This document shows, piece after piece, positions 36,543-48,901 of a DNA stretch of 64,000 nucleotides; the first letter of the stretch is position 1, and every line of letters starts with the position of its first letter. The position numbers and the translations under genes were made by a program. The stretch comes from Azolla caroliniana (taxonomy: Eukaryota > Plantae > Polypodiophyta), in NCBI GenBank assembly GCA_043228905.1, contig JBHGNT010000015.1, positions 20,216,304-20,280,303 of the forward strand. Direction: 5' to 3'. The notes under the pieces are model-generated. The model was not told the origin of the DNA, did no database searches, and was given only the letters and a program-made list of their open reading frames with translations.

Positions 36543-37732
36543 AGGGGGAGTTTGTTGGGATTACGGTCCCTCCGGATGGGATGGTCGGATGTCCGGGAAT
36601 CGGGAATGAAGACCCCGGTTACGGAGCCGGATGATGAAGACCCCGGTTACGGAGCCGGATGATGAAGACCCCGGTTACGGAGCCGGATGACGAATGTACC
36701 CGGAGAGAGATCCGGATGCGGGGACATATTTGTGAATATGTTTGCCAAGAGCCCTTGAGGCTATATTTGTAAATAGCCCGAAAGTCATATGTGTATAAAT
36801 ATGACTTAGGGCAAACAGTTTATTGGTTGTTGCTCATTTTATGTTTTCAGCCGAGAGAGTGAAGTGAGAGCAGCCGAGAGAGAGAGAGAGAAAGGAAGGG
36901 GTCGACGCCTCTGTGTATTACCGCCGCCTGTGGCGAAGACAGTGAGCTCAAGGTTGTTGCCTTGTAGCTTCACCATTGTACATCTCTGTGTATAGTGATA
37001 GTTGGAGTTTGATGACTCCCGTGGTTTTTCCCATTTAGGGTTTTCCACGTAAAACACCCTGTGTACTCTCCTCTCTATTCTACTTCGTGCATTTTGTATT
37101 TCCTGTTTTCTGTGAATTTATCCTATTACTCGGTGGTGGCTGAGCACTGTTTTACAACATAACGCGTGGATTCCGCAAACCGCGCACACTACGCAATAAC
37201 GCGTGGATTACGCAACCGCGCAACAAAGCCGCGAAGAGCTGATCTACCGCGCAAAGCTGCGAACAAAGAGGCAAGCCAAAGCGCAGACTTCGCAACTACA
37301 CACAACGCAAGCTGGAGCACATATTCCGCAACTCCGCATAAATGCGAGTCGACGCGGACTCCGGAATGCGAGTCGAAGCGGATTTCAGATACCGTCTGAA
37401 ACCGAGCTGGCTTGAGCTTGAGGGGGCATGTTGAGAATCAAGCTCAACTTGGTCTAGTGTGTGAACTCACCTTGAGAGTGAATAGACACTCCAACGGTCA
37501 AGAGTCACCATTATGTCACCTCTTTGTATTCTAGCATTTAGTATGAGTCATAGAATCATATTCTATGACACATAACTTATGAGCTTTCACATTCCCCATG
37601 CTCCATGAGTCTTGTAGTTAATGAAGAGAGAGGGTGACTACATAAAGCACCCTCCTCCCACCTTGTACATAGGTACCGAGTCTTTCTCCTTTGTTAATAT
37701 ACTTTTACCTTGCGTATTCTCTGTTTCTTATT

Positions 37733-37781
<49 letters not shown>

Positions 37782-38287
37782 TATGCGAGCTATGTAGCGA
37801 AGCTACGATAGCGATGAGCCGGTTCTTGGTCGTCGGCATGGAGCACAACACACGATCACGATGAGGCGAATGGGCTAGATCAAGCTACCAAATCGCTCTG
37901 ATACCATGTAAAGAATCAAGAGATGGATTCTTGTGAAGCGGAAGAGATATGAGTTATGTGTGTGTATGAGAGAGAGAGAGTGAATGAGTCAAGGAATAAG
38001 ACACAGAGAATACACAAGGTAAAAGTATATTAACAAAGGAGAAAGACTCGGCACCTATGTACAAGGTGGGAGGAGGGTGCTTTATGTAGTCACCCTCTCT
38101 CTTCATTAACTACAAGACTCATGGAGCATGGGGAATGTGAAAGCTCATAAGTTATGTGTCATATAATATGATTCTATGACTCATACTAAATGCTAGAATA
38201 CAAAGAGGTGACTCTTGACCGTTGGAGTGTCTATTCACTCTCAAGGTGAGTTCACACACTAGACCAAGTTGAGCTTGATTCTCAATA

Positions 38288-38843
38288 GGGTGCAAGCAAG
38301 GCTTGAACCTTGCACCTCTATGATAAGAGACGAATTAACTTACCACTAAAGCAACGCTTTAGATTGTGTATATTTTCTCTTCATATTCAATATTTCGTAC
38401 GAAACGAACATATAAAAACCGTGGGCACAAAAACCATGGTTTTAGCCCATGGTTTTAGCCCGTGGTTTTAGCACCCCTGTGGTCTTAGCCCATGGTTTCT
38501 ACCCGTGGTTTTAGCCCATGGTTTCAGCCCACGGTTTTAGCCCGTGGGTTTAGCCCATGGTTTTTGCATGGAGAGACCTATAAAAGCCTATAGTGGGGCT
38601 TGTGTAAGGGCAAGTGATGTAAGTAAAAAAAAAACTTGTAATCAAAGATCTAAGTTATCCTAATGGTGATGTATCTTGTCTCATAAAACTAAAGTCAAGG
38701 GTTCAATCTCTATCTCAATCTCTTCATCCATCTATCTATCTTCAATACTTTCTCGCTTACGTTGTTAAAAACATTGAATCCTTCCGATCCAGGACCCCGG
38801 TGGTCCCGCTTCATTTCACGAACACGCGAGGATTTCCTCGACA
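38288..38843 (+). repeat. Remainder of large Gypsy 5' LTR with 13-bp CCATGGTTTTAGC tandem array (38434-38565)
   Basis: Colinear with 61622-62152. Confidence 0.9.
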
Positions 38844-38888
38844 TCTTACTTGGTGAATGAGGCGATAGGGAGGATCTCAAGTACAACG

Positions 38889-41800
38889 ATGGCTTCGATA
38901 AGCAAAACTCAAGGAGAGGAATTAACGAAAGGTATGGTGTCCGTAGTGGAATACATGTTGAAGGTGAGAGATGGAGAAGCTTTAATCGACAAAGCTATTG
39001 ATCGTATGGTCGAGATAGTTGGACGATTTGGTGGCAAGAACATCATGAATTTCCTTGCTACCTATCGGAACAAGATGTAGCAGAGGGATGTCAACAATCT
39101 CAAACAAATTTCTAGCTTCAAAAGTGTGGTGGAACGAGGTATCCGCAAGCATGTCATGGAGATCCAAAACGAGCACACAACTTGGGTGGAGTTCGAAAAG
39201 GCGCTTCTCGCTGAATACATGCTTGAAGATGCGTCACAGATGACTTGACATACGCTAATGATGTGGATCGAGAAGAAAGGGAAGAATATGTGTGTGTCTG
39301 GAGCATATGCCGAATTCGACTAGAAGTACAACCGACTTCCAAGTGTAGATCAACGAGTTCTTGATGGAGATAAAGTCCTACTATTCCTAAAGGCAGTGGA
39401 TGTGAAAGATCAGCGAGAATTGGGAAACCTTTTGGAGGACGAAACACAACCAAATTGTTTGGTAGCGGACTGGGCGGCGTTGAAGAAGACTTGTAGCCAT
39501 CTTGATAAGCGTCGACAATGGCAAGAGGAAACTGATATGGAGAATCCACAATCGTGGAGGCGGAAGGCGCCTATGACGATCGAGCCTAGCAAGCCGATCA
39601 ACAATTTCGACAAGAAAGTGATGGAAGAATCCATAATTGAAGAGATCTCCAAGAAGTTTGAAGCGGTATCGTTGGCCAACTTAGGTCGATGTGGGCCCAA
39701 TGGAAAAGAAGCGTATAGATGTGTGTGGTGCGACAGCTTCGAGCACTCGCGAAGGGAGTGCACTGACTTGCAAGATGCGATTCGCAAGAACGTCGTCTAT
39801 TTGGACGGCAACATGATTCATTCGAGCGAGACTCGGAAGCCACTACGAGTGAACTTCGAAAGACGCGGGCTGAAAAAGATCGTGCACTATGCTGCATTGG
39901 CCAGGATATGAGTTGGAAGAGAGAATCTAAAGACGATCAAGCCGGGAGTTGGGTTTTGGCAAAATCGATTTGAAGGATCTACAACTTGCTGATCGGAATG
40001 TGCGATGAGTTACCGGATGGTCGGATCCAGTCAACGATAACACAAGCTTTGCAGAGGTTGTGTATGACAACTATGAAGCTCTTGTCGAAGAGAAGAGGAA
40101 AAGAACTGATGAAGAAGATGACACATCAAAGCGTCACAATACGAGGAATGAACGGAAAGAAGGACAAGCCCAACCTACGCCACGAAAAGAGATAGGAGAA
40201 ACAAGCATGAAGCCCGGTGGATCGAGCCAACCTTCTCGGATTGAAGTCGATGAATCTGTGAAGAAAGGAAAAGAACGAGTGGTGCCGCTAAGGTTGGACA
40301 TAGAACAAACAACCGACTTGTGGAAGGTCCTTGAGGAGAAGGTTTTAGACAGTCATGTCGACCTTACTTTGAGAGAGCTACTTGGGATCGCTAAGAAGGA
40401 GTTCCACGATACTATTGTGGAATTGATTAAGCGGAAGAGGCAACAAGCAGATGAAGAGGAGGTGAAAACAAGTGCCATAACTATGGCAAGATCGGAAGAG
40501 GAGAAAGAAGAAGAAGTGATGGTGGACAACCATTACTCTCAGCCTCATTGGGCAAGAGCGACAACGGAGACGCCGGTGAAGATCAGGGAGAAGAAAGAGA
40601 CTGTGGTAGCTTTGATTGACCATGGTTCGGAGATTAACCTCATGTCGACTCAGGTCTACAAAAAGGGAAGATGGCCGATTAATACAAACCACAGATGGAA
40701 GATTCGAGCGGCAACGAGGGCCACGGAGGACTTGTATGGAGCTTGTCCCAATGTTAAAGTCATAATTGGGGATGTGGAGATGGATCAACACTTCTTCGTG
40801 CAAGAATCGGCTTTGCATCCTGTCATCCTGGGTCAACTGTATATCACATCATCTCGGTTGGAGACCAAGGTGTTCAATAATGGAGCAGCCTTCACGCGAA
40901 TCAAGAGTCTTGACAATCAAAGATTTGTTCAATTCCTAACAGTGCGAGCTAATCATGAAAGAAATCGAGATAGTCTTGGAGGTGAATCACCAGATTTTTA
41001 GAGCGGAATATTGAAGCATGGGGCACAAATAGTCCGATCGATCGCAAGTGCCCACAAGGGAGTAGACCGCGTGGATTGCGAGGAGAAGCAACATATGTCA
41101 CACCTAGTGGCACATGTAAACTAGTACTACCCGACAAGAAGGACAAGCGTCAGATACAAGACTTCGAGAAGATGCAGAAAGAAGAAAGCATAATAGAAAA
41201 AGAAGAGTTCGTGACTCATATTATGGAAGAAGCCTCATTTAACGACACCATCAGCAAAATTGAGGATGTCGTGGACTTGAGCTATCTACACGATCATCGT
41301 GTGATTTCGGTTAGCTCCATCAACATGTACGCTATCATCGATGAATATCATCGAAACATCTTGATGAAGGAAGCTGACATCAACACAAAATATAAAACAT
41401 TGGATAGGAAGATCAAGCCAATTGCGGTTCCGCTACCGGAAGATAGCTGGCAAAAGATGAAGGAAGTCGCTAACGATCCAAGCTTAAGAGATCCAAAGAC
41501 AATAGGTCATGTCTTCACCGAAGAGACGAAGGGGAAGTTACAGGTTGGAAGGGAGGATTTCCTCCTCCCTGAAGAGGAGCGAATGTTTCGCGACATGCTT
41601 GAGAGACATGGGAAGGCTTTCGCATTTTCCCCACAAGAAATCAGATGTGTTGATCCAAGGACAATAGAGCCAATGGTAATCTTCATGGTGCCGCACATGC
41701 CTTGGAATTTGAAACCGAAACCGGTTCCGAGAGCACACCTACCGAAGTTGATCGAGCTCTTAAAGGAGAAGGTGGATATGGGAATTTTGGAACCGTCGAA

Positions 41801-42090
41801 TGCTCCCTATTCTAATAGGTGGTTCACGGTGTCGAAGAAGAATGGATCATTGCGATCCATCCAAGATCTTCAACCCGTCAACAAGGTGACAATTCGAAAT
41901 GCTGGAATCTGTCCGAGCATGGACGAATTTGCCGAGGCATTTGCGGGCCGGTCCATCTAATCCATTGGTGATCTCTACTCCGTATATGACCAATTCCAGT
42001 TAGCAATCGACAATCGTGATATTACGACCATGAGGACTCCGATCGGGCTCGTGTGGATGTGTACCTTACGTCCAGGTGAAATGAACTCGG
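38889..42090 (+). pseudogene. Gypsy gag-PR and RT N-half, degenerate
   Basis: CVWCDSFEHSRREC knuckle, PR LIDHGSE, RT PYSNRWFTV.KKNGSLR..QDLQPVN; stops. Confidence 0.85.
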
Positions 42091-45000
42091 TGTCAGGAAC
42101 AGTACTGAGACAGAGAAGGAATTAGTACTAAACGAAGGATTAGTACTATGAGAGGTGTAGAACTTCTTCGAGAGAAGGAAGGAGTGAGCAAGACGGAGAG
42201 GAAGAGAGAGAGAGTGATGATAAGAAAGATATGTATTATATGAAGAGAATATACAATGGTGGCTAAAAGGCTTAAGAATGGCGTTGAACCAATTTGGTTC
42301 AACATAATGCCTAGTGCCCTCTTTTATAGTGTTTTCAAGAGTAATCCTGAAGCTTCTAGAATGTTCCAGAGAAATTTGGAATATACACTAATTTCCTATA
42401 ATAAAATGTAAATGAAAATAATATTCTACGTATTACAATAGATGGTCTAATGGTCAAGAGCTCGACCCATATAACCTAAGGTCATGGGTTCGAGTCTTGC
42501 CATATCATGACACTATCCCCCCTTTAAAACGACGAGTGTCACGAGTCATCTTTGATTGAGGACCCGGTTTGTGTGGATATTGACGATGGAAGTCTTCAAG
42601 AAGAGCACGAGCGTTGGTCACATTCTCGATCGGTTCCCAAGTACGATCGCTGGGACTATAGCCTAGCCAATCGACTAGATAGTAGAGCTTGTTGCAAACA
42701 ATCTTGGAATCAAGAATGGCGGAAACCTCGTACTCCGGCCCATCTTCAAGCTCGATCGGGGTTGGAGGTTGGATAAGACGTCCTGGGATGGTGCTCTCGT
42801 GGTAGGGTTCAAGGAGAGAACTATGAAACACCGGATGTATCCGAAGTTGAGGAGGTAGATCGAGACGAAAAGCGACATCATTAATCTGTCCAATAATACG
42901 GAAAGGACCTAATCGCCGATAATCCAACTTCTCACATGGGCAAGTAGTCTTGATGTGTCGTTGTAGCAGCCACACCCGATCACCAATATTAAAACTGGAT
43001 GGAAGTCGATGACGATCCGCGTAGACCTTGTGTGTTTGTTGAGCTTGCTGGAGATGAGTAGATAAATCCGCTTGTATCTTGCGTAACCGCTCCAAACGAT
43101 CCTCCGCGCACGGATTTGTGGACACCTCTGGGGTTTCAAGTATACTCCACCATGGGTGACATCCCGTATAAGCATAAAATGGCGTAACTTTAGTGGATGC
43201 GTGGATAGAGTTGTTATAGGCAAATTCGGCGAAGTGGAGAATATCTGCCCAGTCATCCTGATGATAACTGAGAAAGCACCGCAGATACTGCTCCAGCGTT
43301 TGATTTGTTCGTTCAGCTTGGCCGTCGGTTTGTGGGTGGTAGCCGAAGGAGAGGTTACAAGAGACCTTGAGCATGTTAAAAAGGTGCTTCCAAAATTTTG
43401 ACACGAACTGGGGTCCACGGTCGCTGATGATACTATCGGGAAGTCCATGATGCCGACATACTTCACGCATGACAATTTCGGCAGTGTCTTCACTGGAGAT
43501 CTCCTTAGTACATGGCAAGAAATGAGCCATCTTCGTGTATCGATCGACCACCGTTAGAATCGCATTGAACCCCTTAGAGACTGGAAGATCTGTGATGAAG
43601 TCTAGAGCAATGGATTGCCACGGCTTGCTTGGAATTGGTAATGGTTCTAATAAACCATATGGATGATGCCTTGGCATTTTCGCTCTGCAACATGTATCAC
43701 AAGTCCGAACAAAATCCTCGACAAATTGTCGCATACAGGGCCACCAGAATGATCGTTGTACTAAATGTAATGTTTTAGTACTACCAAAATGCCCAGCTGT
43801 ATATGTGTCATGGCAGTTTTGAACTACTCGAAGGCGGCAAGAACCATTAGGAACATACAAAATTTCTTTAAAGAAGAGTAATCCATCATGGTATTTGAAT
43901 TGCCGATAGTCCGTACCTGGTGGTTGCGACTATGAACACGACGCTCGAGAGGGATCAATTTGTGCTAGTATAGCTTGGGCGAACGCATCTGTCTTCAAGT
44001 CTTCACGTATGGTATCGATAACGCGGGAATCCATGGGCATGTCAAAGATCTCTGTTGCTTGTAGTCGTGCCGGTCCCAAGATGACTTGTTTTTGGTTATC
44101 GAAAGCTGGCTCGCCGGGACGGGGTGCTAGATACGAACGTCGTGATAATGCATCTGCCTTCCCTTGGTGCTTCCCCGGACGATATGTAATTTTGAAGTCG
44201 AAACGCGTGAGGAAGTGGGCCCACCGAGCTTGACGTCGATTCAACACACGAGCATCCTGAAAGTAGGCAAGATTCTTGTGATCACTAAATACGGTGACTG
44301 GATGAGAGGATCCCTCCAGAAAATGCCTCCATTGCATAAAAGAATCCACTATTGCCAATAGCTCCTTATCATGAATTTCGTAGTTAATTTCGACGGCGTC
44401 AAACTTGCGTGAGTGAAAAGCCACTGGATGTAGCTTCTCATCATTCCCCTGTTGTGATAGAATGCTCCCCAATGCAAAATCCGATGCGTCAGCTTCGATA
44501 ATGAATGCTTTTTCCGGATCGACATGAGCTAGAATTGGAGCCGATGTAAATGCCTTTTTAAGACTCTCGAAATCCATGTCCGTTTCTTCAGACCAGATGA
44601 ACGGTTGTCCCTTCCTGGTAAGTTGTGTGAGAGGTAGAACGATCTTTGAGTAATCTTGTATGAACTTCCGGTAAAAATTGGAAAAGCCTAGGAAGCATTG
44701 CACATCCCGCACCGAACGCAGAGTCTGCCATTCTACCACCGTTTTGACCTTAGCTGGGTCCATGGAGATGCCTTCTGACGAAATGATGTAGCCGAGAAAT
44801 TCCACTTGGTTGCACCCGAAACTACATTTTTCCAGCTTTGCATACAGACCATGTTCTCGAAGTCGTTTTAGTACTGATAGTACATGAGAATCATGTTCTT
44901 CTTGGGTCTTTGAATAAACCAATAGATCATCCAAATAGATGATCAAACAATCATCCAATAGATCTCGGAATATATCATTAGCCATGTGCTGGAAGACTGT

Positions 45001-46461
45001 CGGCGCATTAGTGAGGCCGAACGGCATGACCGTATACTCGAAGTGCCCATATCTGGTGCGAAACGCGGTCTTCCATTCGTCTCTTGGTCGGATACGTACG
45101 AGGTTATATGCTCCCCGTAAGTCGATCTTCGTGAAGAACCTGGCACCATTGATCCGTTCTAAAAGACTTGAGATAAGGGGAAGAGCATACCTATTCCTGA
45201 TTGTAACCTTATTAAAGCCATGGTAATCTACAACGAGACGAAGCGATCCATCTTTTTTCGAAACCAGGAAAATGGGCGCGCCGGCTGGAGATTTCGAATG
45301 TCGAATGAAACCATTTTCCAAATTCTCCTCAATATAGGCCCGAAGGACTTCCAGCTCGGTTGGTGACAAATTGTAGATCGGTCCCCATGGCGGCTCTTTT
45401 CCCGGTTGTAAATCGATGGGGCAATCGTACAGTCGATGATGAGGAAGTGTGTTGGCTTGTACTTTATCGAACACATCGGCGTAATGACGATACTTCTCGG
45501 GAAGTTGAACGGTGGAATCTTCTTTAATGGTGCTGGAGGGGTTTACTGAAATGGTTGCCATCTTCTGAGTTGTCCCTTGGATTTGTCGACATCGGATTTC
45601 TCTTGTTCTCCAATCTATGTCTGGGTTATGTAACTCGAACCACTGTAATCCTAAAACTATAGGATGTTCTGGGATACTAATAATATTAAATGATACTACA
45701 CATGCTAAGTTATCTAGGACAATATTAATGGGCTCTGACTCTTCTATGATATTTCCGGAAGCAATGGGACGTCCATCAATGACTACTACAGAGGCTAGAC
45801 ACTGGAGTTTTCTTAGGGATATCTTATGAACTTGAGCAAATTTCTTATCCATAAAGCAAGAGCTAGCTCCGGAATCTAGGAGTGCTAGGACATGTACTAG
45901 AGGGGTACTTTTAGTACTAACTATTACTTCGGCTATGAACACATCACTAACTTGCTTAGAGGGAATGGAACCACTAATGGGTTGCACAGATCTAGGGCTG
46001 TCCAACCAAACGGCTCCTATTTTGGCTGGACTTAGTCGTTTAACTATTCTTCTAACTGACTAAGGACATCAAATTTGTTTGCTAGATCTGGGCTATTAGT
46101 ACTATTAGGACTATCAGATATCCCTACTGAAATAGGCTCGGGTTTAGTACAATTAGAACTACCGACTATTTGGTTTACCTGTCTTCTTGGCCTATGGGGG
46201 CAATTTATTGCGATATGTCTTGGTCCACCGCAGTAAAGACATAGTCGATTTGTACGGCGTCACTGCTTTTCTTCTTCGGATAATGGCCCTCGACGATGTG
46301 TAGTGTCAATCTCCATTGGAGTCGGAGTATTCGCTGGAGGCGCATTATATGACTCCCTCGGAAAAGGTCTTGCTACCACTGAGACTTAGTACTAAACGAA
46401 GCATTAGTACTATGAGAGGTGTAGAACTTCTTCGAGAGAAGGAAGGAGTGAGCGAGACGAA

Positions 46462-46515
<54 letters not shown>

Positions 46516-46810
46516 TGATAAGAAAGATATGTATTATATGAAGAGAATATACAATGGTGGCTAAAAGGCTTAAGACTGGCGTTAAACCAATTTGGTTCAA
46601 CATAATGCCTAGTGCCCTCTTTTATAGTGTTTTCAGGAGTAATCCTGAAGCTTCTAGAATGTTCTAGAGAAATCTAGAATATACACTAATTTCCTATAAT
46701 AAAATGTAAATGAAAATAATATCCTACGTATTACAATAGATGGTCTAATGGTCAAGAGCTCGACCCATATAACCTAAGGTCATGGGTTCGAGCCTTGCCA
46801 TATCACGACA
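42091..46810 (-). mobile_element. Tcn1-like chromovirus family A, deleted for U5 end, PBS and most of gag
   Basis: TSD CTCGG; 3' LTR 42091-42512; 5' LTR ~46378-46810; PPT 42513-42526. Confidence 0.93.
42505..46044 (-). pseudogene. Gypsy pol with chromodomain, broken near 43860-43930
   Basis: ORFs 43930-46005 (PR, RT, RNase H) and 42505-43860 (INT, chromodomain). Confidence 0.9.
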
Positions 46811-47661
46811 CTCGGTGGCTCATATGGTGAATGCCATGAACAAGGTCTTGAAGGATTGCATACCAGATATCACGATGCCATTCTTGGAGGATATTCCGAT
46901 AAAAGGATGTTCGAATGAGAAGAAAGATGAATCGAAAGATAAGGAAGGGTGTAGAATGTTCGTCACGGATCATATGAAAGATTGTGAGAAGGTGCTTCAA
47001 AGGCTCGAAGATGCGAATTTGACATAAATCCACATTCGGGCAACCAGAGATCTTGGTGGTACATTATATGGACTACTAAAGAAAAGAATGAAGTTCAAAT
47101 GGCGAAGCAAGCATACAAACGTGATGCGAAGATTGAAGAAACTACTTCTTGAAGCTCCAGCACTAAGGAAGGCCGACTATACCTAAGGGAAGCTGATTTA
47201 TGTGACTATAGATACTAGCCTATTAGAGATCTAGGTACTAAAGTTAGCTTAAGATAAGGATAAAGTAATGATAGATAGAAAGGAGAAAGAGAAAGAAGGG
47301 TGCCGATCCACCCGACCACCCCCGAGCGAAGGGATCGAGACGGACTCGAGCCTCGATCAGCGTCCCATACCATTGTCGTAGCGTCGAGTCGTACCTGATG
47401 CTAGCGCACTCGCTACAAGAGTTGACCCACCACAAGAGCAGAATCTCAATGTAGTCAAAAGATCATCAAATGAGGGTAGCTAGGCCTATTATTTATAGCG
47501 ATACCCAAGGCCCCAAGGCAAGTTCACACTTGACCTAATGGGTTGTCTCAATCCCGAGGATTAAAAGTAATCCTCCCCTTCTTTACACTCTCGTTTAACC
47601 CTCACACTTATCCACGTGTATAGAATACTACGGTAAATTCTCACCACGGGATATTAAATGG

Positions 47662-48103
47662 TCATGCCCGTAACATACTCCCCCTCTTTAAAACATTGCA
47701 CTCTTGCAATGGAAAGTTGGGGAAATTAGTTCTGAGAGTATTTTCACGTTCCCATGTGGCATCTTTTATTGATTTATCCATCCATTTTATTTTAAATTCT
47801 CGGATTTCTTTAGTACGTAAATTTTTTGTTTTAACATCGAGAATTCTTTTTGGTACATGTGGTTTAGATGATAATTCTTCAGAAGTAGCCAGAGTTTCAG
47901 TTGTAATTGTATTGTCGCCAGAACCTAGAAGTTCTTTTAGACGACTCACATGGAAGACTGGATGAATTCCAACACCATCGGGAAGAGCAAGACGATAGGT
48001 TGATGACCCAATGCGTTTGAGGACTATAAAAGGTCCACAAAACCGTGGGGCTAACTTAGCGCACTTACCTGTAGACAATGTCTTAGAATTGTCAGGTACA
48101 CGT
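47662..48103 (-). pseudogene. Integrase C-terminus with degenerate (type II-like) chromodomain
   Basis: KLAPRFCGPF, HPVFHVS, PKRILD..FKIKW..ATWE. Confidence 0.8.
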
Positions 48104-48699
48104 TGTCGTGAAGAATTTCGGCCAGAGGCGGAACCCGGGAAACATTGGCTACATCGGCGGGGTGCAGCGTGTGTACGCACCCATGTACATTTAGTGTGAA
48201 TAACGAGGGCGCCTTTATGGCGCCGAAGAGTAGTCAAGTCGGGACAGACGGTCCCATGTAAGTCGGGGTTTATCCCACATTGTAACGCATCCCTGTCCTT
48301 GTTCTATAAAAGGAAGGGAACGCCCTTTGTGAAGGGGTTGCCCATTTTGCATTAGAGGGTATACCGTTAGGATTAGAGTTAGTTTCTTCTTCTTCTTCTT
48401 CCCCCCTTCGTGTTCGCTTAGGGTTTGCTTCAGCTCATCTCCTGCGCAAGACCCCGACCGGTGGCTTGGCAGCTGACAACTACTGTAACCTACCTCGGTC
48501 CGGCTTGACGCCGGGAATGTATTCTTCTTATATATATATATATATATATATATACGTTTGCGTCTGTCTGTGTATATTCGCGTCTTCGTTGGTGTCGGGT
48601 GCTTCCCCTTTCCTGCGTTTCCTGTACTTAAGGGTGTGAGTCGGGTTGGCCTATGTGTGTGTGTGTGTGCGTGAGTGTGTGTGCGTGAGTCGGTGTTAA

Positions 48700-48737
<38 letters not shown>

Positions 48738-48901
48738 GTTGCTTCCGGTGTGCTTCTGGGATGCCCCGGAAATGGTGAAGCACGACTTCCTACGCTCCAT
48801 CACTCCCTAGTCCAAGACCCCCGTGGTCCCGCCTTTCTCCACGCACGCGCGTAACAACGCGACATATTTGGTGAACCTAACGTGAAAGGTGGCAAGGGAG
48901 G

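Larger units (their letters stand above)
25613..37159 (+). mobile_element. Young Tnt1/Tork-like Ty1/Copia with near-identical 607-bp LTRs (25613-26219, 36553-37159)
   Basis: TSD TAACG; iMet PBS 26223-26234; PPT GAAGGGGGAG; gag-pol interrupted by a Gypsy at 27253-33479. Confidence 0.96.
24886..38287 (+). mobile_element. Rearranged Copia (RT/RNaseH 24886-25610, 3' LTR from 37429, inverted 5' UTR+PBS+LTR to 38287) inside the Gypsy 5' LTR
   Basis: YRQLIGSLIYLT, HARTKHI and DIFTK motifs; PPT TTGAGGGGGCA; minus PBS TGGTATCAGAGC 37895-37906; minus LTR 37907-38287; no left LTR and no TSD. Confidence 0.78.

Noticed and set aside
48125-48155. A/B-like motifs in the non-autonomous element LTR
   Set aside because: Motifs weak and nearly adjacent
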